Source: Octopus vulgaris
Taxonomy: Eukaryota
Length of the DNA stretch: 64,000 nucleotides
Direction: 5' to 3'
NCBI GenBank assembly: GCA_951406725.2
Contig: OX597817.1
Coordinates: 121,334,001 to 121,398,000 of the forward strand
Made by a program: the position numbers and the translations under genes. The first letter of the stretch is position 1, and each line of letters opens with the position of its first letter. Below, piece by piece: positions 38,070-53,318 of this stretch. The notes beneath the pieces are model-generated. The model was not told the origin of the DNA. It was given only the letters and a program-made list of their open reading frames with translations, and did not search any database.

Positions 38070-38755
38070 CGAAATTATTTTCTTTTCGAGTATCTGCCAA
38101 TATGATGCCACAATGTCATTGAAATAACTTCAACAAGAGAAGACTACCTATAATCTTCCGAATGTCACTTGTTATCCATCCAATTTAAAACTCACGGTCG
38201 TCATTTTAAGAAGGTATCTCCTCAGAGGTATTCGAGTGGATATAATAAATCTATCAAAGCAAATGCAACATTTCAACTAGATATAAAAGGTTATTGCTTG
38301 ATCAAAACAGAAAAATTCTCTATCTTGAGGTGATATTGCTATTTCGAGATCCAAATGACATTTTCTTTTTACACTTTCATATTTTTTTCCAACCTGTATT
38401 CAAATCGTTCTTTCCTGGTTAAATATGTTGTTGTTGCTATTGCTGTTCGTTAGCTCTTGGTCAGCCCTTAACTGGAGAAACCTTTGACTGAAGGTGTTGA
38501 AGCCGTGACCATATCATCTGTGTTTTTCCGCATATATTTAGACCGCATCGCACAATTCTAAAGGCGACTCGAATATACATACACAAACACACACCCACAT
38601 ACACATATATGGCAACATTTCAAAGTTAGTTTAAGAATAAAAACTAAAGATTTATTGATATGAGTATAGCTTCAATGTATACACACACACACACACATAT
38701 ACACACACGTATATACACATACGCACGCACACACACAAATACGTTTCTTTGATGT

Positions 38756-39860
38756 ACTGGTGTGAAATAAAAATTATGTCCTTCTCGATGGGATCTAAAC
38801 TCAGAAAATGTGATGGAAATATATATTACAATACATTCAGATTGATGCAACATTTTTCTGTTTCTCCTTAAAAACAAAAACCATTTTGTTCTATTTTGTT
38901 TTTCAGAATAATTGACTAATGAAAATTTTGATTCCCTCCTCCCGCTTATTTGTAAAAGATGCATCGAGTCTGCCTTGGAATCAGAGCCGGAATGACGAAC
39001 AAGGAGATTTCAGACTACCACAACGTCGGCAGAAAGATGGAGGAAATGGTCACAAAGGAGCTGGAAGATTCAAGATTCGAGTGAGAATCGACAGCAGAGA
39101 GTAAAACCCATGAACAAAGATCTGAGGCCGGAATTCGTGGAGGAAATCCAGGAGATCATCAACAATGACCCCAGCTGGTCTATGCGAGCCATTTCAAGGG
39201 AGAAAGGAGTGAATGAAAAACTCATCAGAATAGTGGTGTGTGAGAATATTCGCTACTTTTCACATAAGATGAGGAAGGAACAATTTTTGTCCAAGGTAAT
39301 GCAGGGAATACGACTCAAGCACACCAAGAAGTTGATCAATAAGCTGAAACACTCAGTGAAGCCAGACATGCTGTGATCCTTCTCCAACGAGATATAATTT
39401 CTGCCAAGACCAGAAGATCAACTTCCAGAACAAAAGATGGCTAGCTGTCTCACCCATAGTCGTGCCAGAGTCATGCAGACGAAATTTCCATAGACAATCA
39501 TGGCCTTCGGTGTCATCAGCAGTGAAAGTGATGTCAGATCACCCCACTGAATGAGATAATGAAATAATGAAAACAATGACTGACCAGGTAGCCGTACGTG
39601 TGGCAGCTTGATTCTGTGCTCCACCACACCAGCCTGCAGAGACAGGCCTAGCTGTCGGAGAATTTCTTCGATCACACAGCACCTGACATTTGACCCCTCA
39701 ACTCGTCTGACTGTAAAACTCTTGACTTCTTTGTGTGGATCGTGGTGGAAAGAGAGACCAACAAATCTAACTGCAACATGAAGGACGAGATGTGGGCCAG
39801 GATAATGAGTGCATTGGGGGGCCTAAAATGGGAGATAGTGTCGAAGGCCTGTGGACACTA
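38756..39860 (+). pseudogene. maT/DD37D-like (Tc1/mariner superfamily) transposase pseudogene
   Basis: RPEFVEEIQEIINNDPSWSMRAISRE, KKLINKLKH, FSNE.NFCQDQKINFQNKRWLA, MQTKFP*TIMAFGVISSE, RPYVWQLDS..HH, *PLNSSDCKTLDFFVW..VERETNK, KAC. The left boundary (possible TIR start TACTGGTGTG) is tentative. Confidence 0.85.
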
Positions 39861-40852
39861 TAATATTCAAATATAACATGCATGGTATCACACTCTATTA
39901 CATTTCGTTTCTTTTTAAACTATAACTTTTAACATGTTATATAAGCAGGTATTCGTCAGGATTTGCTGCAAATAGCGACGCTTATTGAAATATAAGAGAA
40001 GGCATTCCTGTTACGGAAAATGAAAGTCTACAAATTTGTAATTTATTTTCTGATGAAATATAAGATAATTTATAACTCGAATTAAAATCTAAGCTGTGTC
40101 CTTCTGCTAAATCCGGATATGAATTATACATACGCAGATGGTTTATCATAGGAATAAAACTATCCACAAAAGTTGAAATTTCCGGTCAAGTATATATTAA
40201 AACAAAGACTGGAATTAATGGTATTATTTTTAATAGTGTAGTATATGGGAAATGCATTTTATGAACATGAGCATTGATATTAATCTTAATTTCATGAATT
40301 CAAAATTTAAAAACACACACGCACACACATTAAAAATATAAGGTCAGAGTTGTAAAATATGTAATGTTTTCTAAGAATATAAACATATAAAAACAAAAAA
40401 ACAATCAAAGAATACTAGAGATACTTCTCTTGTGTATATTTTGTCTCATAATAATACAGAGGTAGAAGATAGATACTCTATTAAGACTGCTGACTTGCAA
40501 TATTTTAGCAAGTATTTACCAAGTATTTCTATAGCTTTCAAAGATCAGATTTTCCTTATTGTAAACAATCGGATTTTGATGTCTTCCATGAATTCAATAA
40601 AAAAATCTATCTCTATTATATATATATATATATATAAATATATATATATATACATATACTTATATGCATATACACACTTAAGACTGTGTATAAGCTGCTG
40701 ATACATTACATATACTAATGTAGACACGTACACACACACATATAAACTATCGTGCTCATTTCAGCGGAAACTGTCCAAAAATCAATATTTTAAATCTAAA
40801 AGTACTAAGTATTAATTGTGCGTGCGTATGTGTGTCTGTGTCTCTGTATGTG

Positions 40853-40892
<40 letters not shown>

Positions 40893-41513
40893 CGTGCCTC
40901 TGTGTGTATCTGAGTTTGCTTGTGCGTACACATGTGTCTGTTCGTGCGTACGTCTGAGACGCTGGGTCTGGGTATTGGGTGAGGGGACGGATTGAATCTA
41001 TTCTCACTTGTGTATCAAGAATACTTTTTCTCCAATATAAGAAATGATAGATATTCGCCTAGCAGCTGAGAACATAAAAACAAAATACACACGCTGTTGT
41101 GTAGTGAGCCGTGTCAATGACTGGATCGTGCAAAGACCAAGCAAAGTGAAACTGATCGTATTTAGAATTATTGATGGTGGTGCTATTTTTATTTGACAAT
41201 AAAATTCAGTTATTCTCTTCCCGATTCTCTGAAAGTCTCTTTATTACAATTGTAAAGGCGTTTATGCTCTAGTCTGAAAACTTCAGTAATATCTGTTCGC
41301 TCTGAAAGGTTTAATTTTTTTTATATTAAGGTTTCTCATACACATTTACACCACGGTTTTCAAAGCAACGCTTTTTAATGGCGTCAGGGTATGGTATGTA
41401 TGTATGTATAAATCTATGTAAGGATGTGTATATACATATGTATGGACTATGGATGCGTATGTATGCTTCTGTATCGGTGTACGTACTTATGTATATATGT
41501 ACATTTCTATGTA

Positions 41514-41554
<41 letters not shown>

Positions 41555-41728
41555 GAACAAATATCTCTCGACACACAAGTAAGTATGATGTATGCAAACA
41601 CATACACACGCACATAATATATTTTCTTGTAGAAGTAAATGTATGTATGCATGTGCATACGTATACGTATATATGTATATGTAAATGCTCCATGCTTGTA
41701 TGTATGCGTATATATATATGTATACATA

Positions 41729-41893
<165 letters not shown>

Positions 41894-42549
41894 CATATGC
41901 CCACACACCTAATCGTCACTTTGGTCTCTAGCAGTGTGATGATTTGTCATATAATATATCCTGAGATGATGATTTTCTAGGTGGTAGCCCTTGGGTGGTA
42001 ATTTTTCAGGTAGGATGAGTGTACGGTCAGGTAACTGACGTACTGATACCCTCACTCCACCACCATTACCACCACCACCACCACCACCTATGCAAACACC
42101 AGCACAGAGCCATCAATATAACCGAAACCGTCATAATTGCCTTATTATCTGTTACTAACAACTCCACTAACAACCCCATCACCAAAACTCCCACAATCAG
42201 GCCCTGGTACAACTGACACATCTGCTGGAGGTATTAAGAATATAGAGCGTGTAAATACTTACCTATATACATAGAAATCCCCACATCTACTGACTGACGC
42301 TTTGTCTATCTTTTCTTATATCTGAAATTTTTCACCCTTTGCCTGTCCTTTGTATCACATATGATACACTGGATATATAATCATTAGTCGTTTATGTATC
42401 ATAAGTTACACATTCCCAGTTTTTTCAATTACTAGAGTAACTTTATATTATTCAGAACGTATGCAACAAGAACTTACTAATAGTCCGAAAACAAGTATGG
42501 ACATTTAGGACAAATTTATGAAACTACTGTGGACAGGCAAAGTGTTAAA

Positions 42550-42770
42550 TATCTTTTTATCTTTTATCTTTCGCTTGTTTCTGTTACTTAGACTGCAGCC
42601 ATGCTGGGGCACCGCTTTGAAAAGATTTTAGTCGAACAAATCCATCCTAGGTCTTATTTTTCGAAGCCTAGTATTTATTTTATAGTTCTGCAATGCCGAA
42701 CCACTTATGTACAGGTACGTAAACACAACAATACCGGTTTTCAATCGGGGGTGGGGGACAAACTCACGCA
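42550..42770 (-). mobile_element. SINE family A, 3' half
   Basis: CTTTTATCTTT...GACTGCAGCCATGCTGGGGCACCGC...GCCTAGTA...GTAAACAC. Confidence 0.8.
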
Positions 42771-42829
42771 TATATGTATATATAAATAAATCCCCCCCAA
42801 AAGAAGATGAACAAACACAAAAAACAACA

Positions 42830-43017
42830 ACGCGATTTGGCCCCACTTGCAAGGTCATGTGCTGTTTATCTTGATATGAGGTCACCATGTTATGCACATA
42901 TGGTTGTAATGCAAGTGCCTAGTGTACCTTTATCAGACAGGTAGTCATGATGGGTATACTGGGCTTCGTATATTTTGCTCCAGTGTCACTCTGATGGCAT
43001 GCACCGCTCTCTCACTC

Positions 43018-43060
<43 letters not shown>
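42830..43060 (+). mobile_element. 5'-truncated LINE 3' UTR with (AAT)n tail (RTE-like)
   Basis: Non-coding segment ending CAGTGTCACTCTGATGGCATGCACCGCTCTCTCACTC followed by about 14 AAT repeats; the clade is inferred from the tail type. Confidence 0.55.
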
Positions 43061-43061
<1 letters not shown>

Positions 43062-43062
<1 letters not shown>

Positions 43063-43285
43063 CCTTTATACAATTGACACAATGCCTGAAATTTATGGGC
43101 AAGAAGGCGAGTCGACTACATCGATTCCACTACTTGACTGATACTTATCTATGATTTCGGAAAGAGAAAAATGATATTCAAAGGCAAAGTCGACATCGGT
43201 GAAACTTGAATTCAGAATATAAAGAAGGACAAAATGTTGTTGCGTATTTAATCCAACGTGCTAAAGATTCTACCAGCATGTGTGC
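43062..43285 (-). mobile_element. SINE family B2, diverged
   Basis: AAAGGCAAAGTCGACATCGGTGAAACTTGAATTCAGAA...GTGCTAAAGATTCTACCAGC. Confidence 0.75.
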
Positions 43286-44534
43286 TTTTAAAATTAATAA
43301 TGATGGTGATGGTGATGATTACAGTGTACATATCCTCAAATAGAAAGTGAAAGAGACATAAATTTTAATTACTTACGATGTTTTAAACATGAAAAATATG
43401 AAATATGAATTTCGAGATAAATTAAAATCTATAAATGTCTTTTACATTATTGTAGAAAGACTGGTAATATTAATAAATATCCTCAAATGTACTTTAAATT
43501 ATTCAGTTTGGAAAGGTGGAGAGTCAATATGTCATGGTGTTTGTAAGCAACGAGTTATTGATGAGATGTTATCGTACCATTTTCTTCTGATATTCCTTCC
43601 AATAATAGTTGATAACATAGATATTTGCACTCTGAGTGTACCATTTGCAAGTCAGTGTGTTCAGTTGCCAATAACATTTGCCGATCCGTCAGCTGTTTAA
43701 ACATTTTCAAAAGACCGAGATGACGTTAGGCCAACTCAGCTACCATGATATAATGCCTCATAATTTTATACCGATATTGTCAGTGGTTTTGATGTATTTG
43801 AATGATTTTGGCTAAAATATGGCGAATTCTTCCATGAAATGCTTGTTGGTAACATGACAAAAATCCTCTGATGTGATGCATTATTTGATTTGGAGAGTGA
43901 AAACGAGAGATGTAAATCACTTGACCGCAATGAATCACTTGATTTCTAATAAAACAGACATATAGTGTTACTGCAAGTGAATATTGATATGGGAGAATGT
44001 TGTACTTCATTTCACATAAAACTGAGTTTGATAAAAGTGTGTTTTTAGTTATAAGAATATTTATCCGTCTGTCTCTCGCAGAGTATTAACAGTAAGATTG
44101 TTATGCATTTAATACTTAGGTTCTGAATTCAACAATAAAGAATAAAGCATTGAATCAAATTACTTTGATGGTGAGATAATAATCAAATAAATCTCATATT
44201 TTGGTACAAGTTGGAATAAGAAATGTTAGTGAAATGAATACATGTTCACAAATATATATTTCCATCGTAGGTCACAAATTATTTAAGTTAGTTGTCGCCT
44301 CTATCGGAACTTTGTTTATTCATTTATTCACTGCTAAATTACATTTTCGCAAATACGACTTCCAATTTATCACCCTAATGTTGCACAACTATCATTCAAA
44401 TATTGTTTGCAAAACAGGAAATTTGTTTATTATAAATATTTCAAAGTCATTAACCGTCACAATGGTAAATTACAGCTTATAATATTATATATTATTACAA
44501 TGAAAAATTATATTATTCATAACAAATTATAATT

Positions 44535-44758
44535 AAGGTAGTCACCTGGCAGAACCATTGGCACGCCGTACAAAATGCTTAGCGGCATTTCATCTGTCTA
44601 TACTCTGTGAGATCAAATTTCTTATAGGTCCACTTTGCCTTATATCCTTTCGAGGTCGATAAAATAAGTACCTGTTGCACACTGGGGTCCACGCAATCAA
44701 TTTATCCCCACCCCCAACAAAATTCCAGGCTTTGTGTCTACAATAGAAAGGATTATTA
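44535..44758 (+). mobile_element. SINE family B2
   Basis: CTGGCAGAACCATTGGCACGCCG...TCCTTTCGAGGTCGATAAAATAAGTACC...AATAGAAAGGATTATT. Confidence 0.85.
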
Positions 44759-46951
44759 AATCATAATTACTATATGCTGCTTTTTCGAAGACTGGGTCTT
44801 TGGATGGGATTATGTCACGTTTATGAAAGCCACATCTAAAGGATTCTTTAAAAATTAAAATGATGTTCGAAGATTAAAAAGGAAACAAAGTATCAGTTTC
44901 TGCTCGAATCTGAAGGAAGCAATTTCAACAAGAAATATAAATTGTCTCAGTTTATCATTATCTGTATTATGTGAAATATAAATGAAACCAATTTGGAACC
45001 GAAACCCAGTGACTGTGCGGCTACTAAACCATGACTATTATAACGGTCATTGTGAAATATATAGACTGTATTCCTCGATATTTCGGCTACAGAATATCAT
45101 GCACATAGTAATTATTTGTTCATGTAACTTTGATCTATTTTTTTCTAAATTTTACAGGTGGGTTGAGAGACATAGTGTCTATAAATATTTACTTCTAACT
45201 GGAAAACAGCAGAGGAGAAATGATTCGTATTTCTGACTAAACGATTAAATTTTAAATATGCTTCAAAAGCGAAGTACTCAGACGAAAATGGAAGCAGTTC
45301 ATGGAATTGCCTTTAAAGTGACATGATTCCAACAAATCACGCAAGTCATAATCTCCTTCCTGTGTCTTTCAGAAATTTTAGATTTCGATCAAAAAGCCAG
45401 ACGCAAGGAAGATTGTGCAGTAACATCTAACATTAAAGAGACGTATAAAGCAATGAATTAAGTTTGTTACTTAAAATGTCTCCTAAATGTCACTTAAAAG
45501 GCGTAATTATATGAATATATTCGTACAAACCCACACGTACAATATAATACATAAATACACACATGCACCTCTTCATAATTATTATCCCCTGCACGAAGTT
45601 ATAAAAAACATGCTAAGCAACAATAACTTTTCATCTCATTGCAAAACATGAAACAAGATGTCACTAGCATTAGTTAATAATTAGTTCGTCCATCACATTT
45701 TATGTTCTATGATTTCTTCCTCAAGAAATTGAATGGAACCAATTACAAGGTTTTAGAACCTTATAAGGATTTCTCTATAAATGTGATTATCACCTTCATT
45801 AACCCTTTTGATTCTTCATGTTAGCGAGGGCGCTAAGGCAGGTTACCTTGTTAACAACAGAGACTAACTCTGCCTCAAATTACATCCTATCATTTAAGAA
45901 AAGAGCTCATTCGATAATATGATGCTGACTACTTTGTATTTTTGTTATATCTTGTTATATAAGCATGGTAATTATAGCAGAAACTGATTATGGATGGTAT
46001 AGGGTTAACGGCAGGATCTCTTTATTTGCTTCTGATATAATTGTCTCTTTAAATGCGAATGTATGTTTTCAATTAAATTCTGATCTGATGAACGAGGAAG
46101 CTAATCCACGATCCCAGAAGGCCGCCAACCATATGAAAATAAACGACCTACTTAATTCGTGAACTTAGAATAGGATTATTATCATTCTGCAAACTAATCC
46201 GGTCCTTTTGAACATTTAATTATGTTTCTGTCTGTTAAATATTACTTATACATTAACAGAGTTTGTTTCAATGCTATCTTGAATACAGAATACATCTATG
46301 GATTATTTTAACCGAAACAATATGAACCGAAGGATGTAATCGAGTTGTCTTTATATCCAATATCTTCGTAGGTAAGAAAAATTGGGATCAACTGCAGCAG
46401 TCTTGTTAGAATTCCATAAATGTCTGAGTTCTCTCTTTAACTAACGCCGGCAGATACAACTCATAAAGCTGATATTACTAAATTTTAAGGAAACCAAATA
46501 GACTTCTTTGCAAAATAAATGATTTTAAAAAATTAGGCACGCGCTCTCTCTCTCTCTCAGACGCACATGCAAATTCACTCATGCAAACGCACTCACAAAC
46601 ACACATACTCGTATTCACTCACACACAAGCATGCATATACTCACACACTCACAAACACACATATACTCACACACACTCACAAACATACATAGGTGGAGGC
46701 TATAGTCATTTTAATCCCTCCCACTAATGGATTGGTACTTATGATATCGATCCAAGAAGCTTCCGTGTTATTTGAATTCAAAAGGATATACATAAATGTT
46801 GTGCGGAAATGTATCCGGTATTTTAGGAAAGCTGTCACAGGAATAAAAGTGACAGGAAATCAAAGGAAGTTGTTACAAGTAAAAAAGGTAGACTGTCATA
46901 AGAAAACTTCAATAAATGATTTTTTTTATATCTTTTGTTTCATTTAGTATA

Positions 46952-47163
46952 TTCTTTTCTACTATAGACACATGGCCCAAAATTTTTGGTGAGGGGCCAG
47001 TCAATTAGATCGACCCCAGTACGCAACTGGTACTTACTTTGTCTACCCCAAAAAGATGAAAGGCAAAGTCAACCTCGGCGGAATTTGAACTCAGAACGTA
47101 ACGGCAGACAAAATACCGAAATTTCACCCGGCGTGCTAACGATTATGCCAGCACGCTGACCTT
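46952..47163 (-). mobile_element. SINE family B2
   Basis: TTCTACTATAGACACATGGCCCAAAATTT...AAGGCAAAGTCAACCTCGGCGGAATTTGAACTCAGAACG. Confidence 0.88.
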
Positions 47164-48348
47164 TAATTTCTTTATATAATTCAAAAACAATGAAACACTT
47201 TTTAGACCTTTTTCCAAGCTAAGTTTTTTAACTGTATATATATGATTTATTTTCCTAGTGAGCTTATTTCCACTCACCAACCTTCTACCTTAAAATGAAA
47301 TTAAATATTTTTAAATTGTTTTTTTCGCAACTTTTAACTCGCTTTTATAATGTTTTAAACTACATCTCAACAACCAAGCCTTCAGTAGGTCAGTGACAAA
47401 AAGGAAAAAAGTAATAACAAACTTTTGTTTTATGCACATCAGTCATTTATATTTTTCTGACTGGTTACTTTCTTATATTTCAAAATTACTGACTCCACAT
47501 TTAAGCTTCAGCGTTTGAAAAATTGAATTTTTCATAATTTTCTTATAAAGCAGAAGGATTTCTAAAACAAATTAAGCAATAGTTTTCTGTATTTTCATCA
47601 TAATTTTGAACTTCAAAGCAATCATTTTTAACTTGTGAAGTGCGCCAGTAAATTATTTGTTTGAACTTTGTGTTGCAAAGTCTAAAAGCTAGAAAACTTC
47701 TTGGATATAAACTGTTTATCATCTATGATAAACAGAAATGTAGAAATACATATTCAAAACTTGGAAAATACGAACTGAAACGAAATACCTAGTGCGTGAG
47801 TCTGTTAGCATAGGGCACGCATACATTCGCCCCTTTATATAATTTAGAATACTATTTATTTTGAGACTGAGAGATTGTCCGATAGTACATAGCAAGCTAT
47901 AAAAGCTCACCCGACAACAGTAATATTGTAAGCTTGGAAATTATGGTAGTTCAATATTAAATCCACTTTATAATAACTGATACTTATATCTCGCTGGATG
48001 TAATACTTTTTGTATTGATCCCACCAATTAGCGGAACTGTACACTATACATACATATTTATATACACCCATATATATACATACCTACCTATACATATATT
48101 CATGCATATATATTTATATACATATACATAAATAGATACACACATACAAACGCAGGCACACACATAATACAAATACGTATAGGTTAGATATATACTATGT
48201 TGGTAAATGTCTGAAATTTCTCCAATGAAATTTATGCACATCGAATATTAGGATGTGAAATTGAAAATTTAGATAATGACGCTGATAGTGTGGAAACCAT
48301 TATTCCAAAGAGCAATGAAGTGTTCATAACTTATAAACACTTATGTTG

Positions 48349-48379
<31 letters not shown>

Positions 48380-48520
48380 CTTTAAACATAAATATGATAA
48401 TATACATAGATGCATTTATATTAGTATGTGTATATGAAAAACGTATGTGCACATGTATCACACACACTCGCACATACATATGTATATATAAACATAAGAA
48501 ACTCACACATAAGTATCTAT

Positions 48521-48556
<36 letters not shown>

Positions 48557-49364
48557 TGGGAGAGAGAGGGAGGGAGAGAAAGAAAGAAAGATATAGGACA
48601 GATAACAATCCACGAATTCAGCTTAATGCGGCAATTTATTAGCAAGCAACTTTAAATATGACCGCTTGCTACTAAGTATACCATTCATATTTAGTAGATA
48701 AACATGAAAGGTACAAAATGATTGATGTCTACGTCTAATGAAGCTAGCCCAAAATTATTATCTTTTTGTTTTATTCATTTATCATAAAGCTAAAAACAAA
48801 GCTTTGAACTTTAAGAAATTAATTGAAAGAAAGGCTGCTATAACCATTGATACGCAAACGAACAAATAAATTTATTCTAAATAAAATCACACTAACAACA
48901 CATCCGTGAGACACAAACATCGTTAAGTTCAATCAATTTTCAACGGTGAATTGTGACAAACCAGCGACAGTTACCTAAGCTGTAAATGTGTTAACGTATT
49001 TAATCGCCAGCGAAGTATTAACGTCTCAAAACGATACACAAACATGTTTCTTAGTTAAATTGTAATTAAAGTAACACAAATATACCGGATTTCTGGTATA
49101 TTTTTATGTTGGTTCTCATGAAGGTGATCTTGATTTTCAGTCTGGCTTAAATTAACTCAATTATACTCACACTAAATTATATTGTAGAATTTATAAAATA
49201 TTGTAATGTTAAGACTATATATCTAAGGGAAATATTAAACGCTTCATGTAAATTAGTAGTATGCTACCGCAAACTTGTCTGTATTACATTATTGCCGTGA
49301 GATGAGGATTTTGAAGGGGTCGTTTATTGGGAGTTACTGCAATATTTATTTTTTCTTTTACAAA

Positions 49365-49665
49365 TCTTTATATATAAAAGTGAAGTTGTGTGGTGTCTGT
49401 CTCCTACGATTTAGATTCCTAACTACTCCCACATTTTGCGGTGCAGTTTAACCAAAAGCGGGTATCTTATAGTCGTGATTCATATCGAGCCCTTCTGGGT
49501 ATTAGCGCGCGTCTACGATGAGTCTACGATTTAAAAAAAAAAATTACCATAATTTTTTCCATTTTAATGCATTTTTTGGCTATTATATAAGGGAAGTAAC
49601 TCTCTAAAAATGCTTATATAGTTATTTCCCTTACAAACCAGAGCAACGCCGGGCGATACTGCTAG
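49365..49665 (+). mobile_element. Non-autonomous Helitron sharing its 3' end with 26674-27044
   Basis: A|TC start; ...CCAGAGCAACGCCGGGCGATACTGCTAG|T end. Confidence 0.85.
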
Positions 49666-50225
49666 TTTATGCTATAAATGTGTAATAAGACTTTTTTTAA
49701 TTTACCGAAGGAAAATTGTTTGCTTCTGCAGAAAGCTTTAACCTGAATAAAGCTCTGCTGCCATATTTACATACATAGTCGATCCTGAACATTCAGATCC
49801 ATTTACCATTTCTTATAATAATATTTTTGGAACAATATCTTTTCTACTCATTGTAGAAGAATACATAAAAAAAAAAACACCGACACAAAAATGAAAGCAG
49901 CATCACATATTTCATTAGATTTTAACTTAATTGAATGAACACCACAAATGAAAAATGTAAAAGAACTTCAAATATCATTCTGGTATCGATTCCATTTTGC
50001 CATCCTTTACCCTGGTAAACACCGAAACCTCATGGGATACAAAACTACACAACATTAGATACAAATACAAGCTCGGGCTGCTAATATAACGCTCAGTACA
50101 ATAAGCCATAGAATGTGAGAATTACATTGTATTGTCCTCGATTAAGAAGAACTGTAAATTTTGGAACGTTGTCGTAATAATAAACAGAGAAAATATAATT
50201 GATAAAAGGAATTTAAAATGCCAAT

Positions 50226-50428
50226 AAGGCGGCGAGCTGGCCGAATCATTAGCAGCTTTCCATTCGTCTTTACATTCTGAGTTCAAATTCCGCCGAGATG
50301 GACTTTGCATTTCATCCTTTCGAGGTTAATGAGTTAAGTACCAGTTAACTCATTAAATAATTTTCAATGAAATAATTTTCCCCCTCCTCCAAAATTACAG
50401 GCCTTGTACTTATAGTAGAAAGGTGTAT
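50226..50428 (+). mobile_element. SINE family B2
   Basis: AAGGCGGCGAGCTGGCCGAATC...TTCATCCTTTCGAGG...GGCCTTGTACTTATAGTAGAAAGG. Confidence 0.82.
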
Positions 50429-50444
50429 TACAACACATATTCAT

Positions 50445-50605
50445 TCTTTTAGTCATTGGACTAGGACGACGATTATGTTGGGTCACCGCCTTCGAGGGTT
50501 TAGTCGAGCAAGACACAGAAGACACTTGCCCAACGAGCTGCGTAGTGGGTCTGAACGTGAAACCAAGTGGCTAAAAAGCGGTCTCCTTAACCCCCACTGC
50601 CATGA
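50445..50605 (-). mobile_element. SINE family A, internally deleted
   Basis: 3' tail segment joined directly to AGAAGACACTTGCCCAA and the head. Confidence 0.6.
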
Positions 50606-50765
50606 ATGAATACATACGCACGTATGTACGTAAATTAATACATATATACACAAACCTATCATAGATAATGACTGGACAAGAACAGTCAACGTCGACCTAC
50701 GACGGACAGCCGAAGATATATACGTGTAGACAAATGTGCATGAGTATATATATTAGTATATACAT

Positions 50766-50812
<47 letters not shown>

Positions 50813-53096
50813 CGTTTTTTACCTTAAAATTCATCTGTAAATTACTGCATGTGCCACTGTTGAGGATACTAAGTGACAATCAGTATATGAAGATCCATAT
50901 TTGCAATAAAATAACTCTCAACATTTCGTTTATTGAAGAGATTATGGAGCAAGAATAATCTATGTGTTAACTTGTTAATTATTATCAGCTTAAGCAAGTT
51001 TAAAGCTTAAAAAATTAGGGTATGATCTAATTCCACGATTCAGATTTCTACAGAGTAGATCTCTCATAAATATGTATACACGAATCGAAGGACTGTTAAA
51101 AAAAAAAAAAAAGGAAATACCGTTCCAGCATCGCTCAGAAAACGGCCTTGATTTACTGTTGGAAGTCTTCTTCCAGGTCCCCACTATCTCTTACATAGGG
51201 GAGAATTTATCACGTCAAGTTCAAATAAAACTTCATGCAATATATTCCCTTGAAACATATTCCCAGTATTTTATGTTTATTCAATCTCAGCGCTGGTGAC
51301 ATTAGAGATTCTAATTGAATATATTATGTAGGAAAATTTTAGTAATGAGCCAAATCAAAGTGAAATGATACAACCAAAATGCAGGAAACAAGGTAAAATG
51401 AAAGAAAAACAATAACATAAATAGGCTAATTTATAGTTTAATGTGAAACCTTAAGATCTTACGTTATGTTTTATGTGTTACCCTTGATAAAGCTAAGTTT
51501 TATATTTCCATAAAACAACAGATATGTCGTAACAGTCCTTGTCATGGGAGATGTTATTATACGCCGGATTTTGCTACTCAAATATATCAGATGTTTTGTA
51601 AAAGTAGGGAGAGAAAGTGTGAAACAAAGACAAAGAAATATGAAATGATATGTAATATTGTAGATAAAATATAAACGTCGATTAATTCTACTGCTGCCGT
51701 TTGTGGCAATTAAACACATTTTTGAAAACATTAACAATAATTGCTACCGTTTATTCAATGGATATTAAACCTAGTTTAGAGACCTGCTGGCTTTCGCAAA
51801 AGCCTTGATTTTTCAAGAGAAAAATCTTTGAATATAACTACTTAGCTTAGTTAGCATCAAAACAAATTGCAACATTAATCTATTTGCAAGATCGGAATTA
51901 TTCATTTATTTTGGAAATCTTTTTAATTTATTTATTCATCTTTGTTTTCATTATGAATCATACAAAGAAAGGTCACTTGTAAATGGATACAGGAATTATT
52001 TCCTAATTCAACCATAAAAAATATTTCTGCACAAAAAAGGAAAAGATTACTAAGTGTATTCTAAATTTAGTGCCGGCTATAGAAAGGAGTGTATGTAATA
52101 AATTGCCATTTGTTACCACTATTGCTACATGGTTATGAATTATTGTTGTTGATGTTGGCGTTGGTGGTGTTGTTGGTGCTGCTACAGTTGTTATTGCGGT
52201 TTCTGCAATACTATTGATAAATTGATTTGGCTAAGCAATCGATCCGAGAGTGACCGTTTTTCCACAATGACTACATATAACTAGCGCCAATATGCTTCAT
52301 TTCCTTTTCACTGAAATGTCTGGAAGTATGGATAAGTACATAACTTTTAGTAATGAAATCACAACAGAAAAAAACAATAAAAAAACAAACGATGTCAATA
52401 AAAGAATTTAGATGTATTTTGAGCATTTAATGTGTCTAGAGTAGAAGTTAATTTAAGAACAAAGACCCGTTATAAAACCTCATGTCACTCCTACTTTTTC
52501 TTTACAAAAATATCCTTGCAAATAATAGGCTTTTTCCTAGTGTTTCTTGTAATGTTTGTGCACTTTGCAAATCAACTATGCTAGATTTATAACACAAAAA
52601 TCTCCAAACGGAGAAATTTCAGAAATATAACAATCATAGAAACGGAAATTATAACTGGTTTTACAATCGGACTTTAAATAAAAAATAAGTAAATGTTATA
52701 TTTTTTGAAATTGAAGAATGCAGAAGAAAAACATATTTCGGAACATACAAATGTAATACCCTTCTGAAAAGTACGGTGCCTAAGCATGGCCGCAGCCACA
52801 AAGCTGAAACATATAAAAGAATAAAAGAATGCATTTCATATGCACACGCATGCAGCCACACACACATACATACACATATAAACAATACAAACACGTAGAT
52901 GTAAAAATCTATTTTGCAACCACTGGTTACTCCTTCTATCCTTTGCATAGAACCTTAGCGAAGTGTCTTCTTTCTGAGCTCGTGTTTACCAAGACATCGT
53001 AATTTGAATTGGGAAGTGGGGGAACTGTACAGAAGTTCATCTCATTCTCCCCCCCTCTCTCTCTCACACACACACACACACAAAAGCATAAATTAA

Positions 53097-53318
53097 TTCT
53101 GCATACTATAGGCATAAGGCCTGAAATTTTGTGGGAGGGGGCTAGTCGATTACATTGCATCAATCCCTGGTGCTAGACTGGTAGATATTTTATCGACCTC
53201 GAAAGGATGAAAGGCAAAGTCGACCTTGGCGGCATTTGAACTTAGAACGTAAAGACGTGCAAGATGTCAGAAAACATTTTTCCCCATAGTGCTAACGATT
53301 CTGTCAGCTGGCCACCTT
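53097..53318 (-). mobile_element. SINE family B2
   Basis: TACTATAGGCATAAGGCCTGAAATTTTG...GAAAGGATGAAAGGCAAAGTCGACC...CAGCTGGCCACCTT. Confidence 0.85.

Noticed and set aside
42019-42216. Poly-His ORF resembling a transcription-factor exon
   Set aside because: Explained by a (CAC)n microsatellite; no further coding signal.
43500-44010. Possible ancient RTE-like 3' ORF remnant on the minus strand (ISWK, LLLEG, RKWYDNI)
   Set aside because: Only scattered short matches; needs BLASTx.
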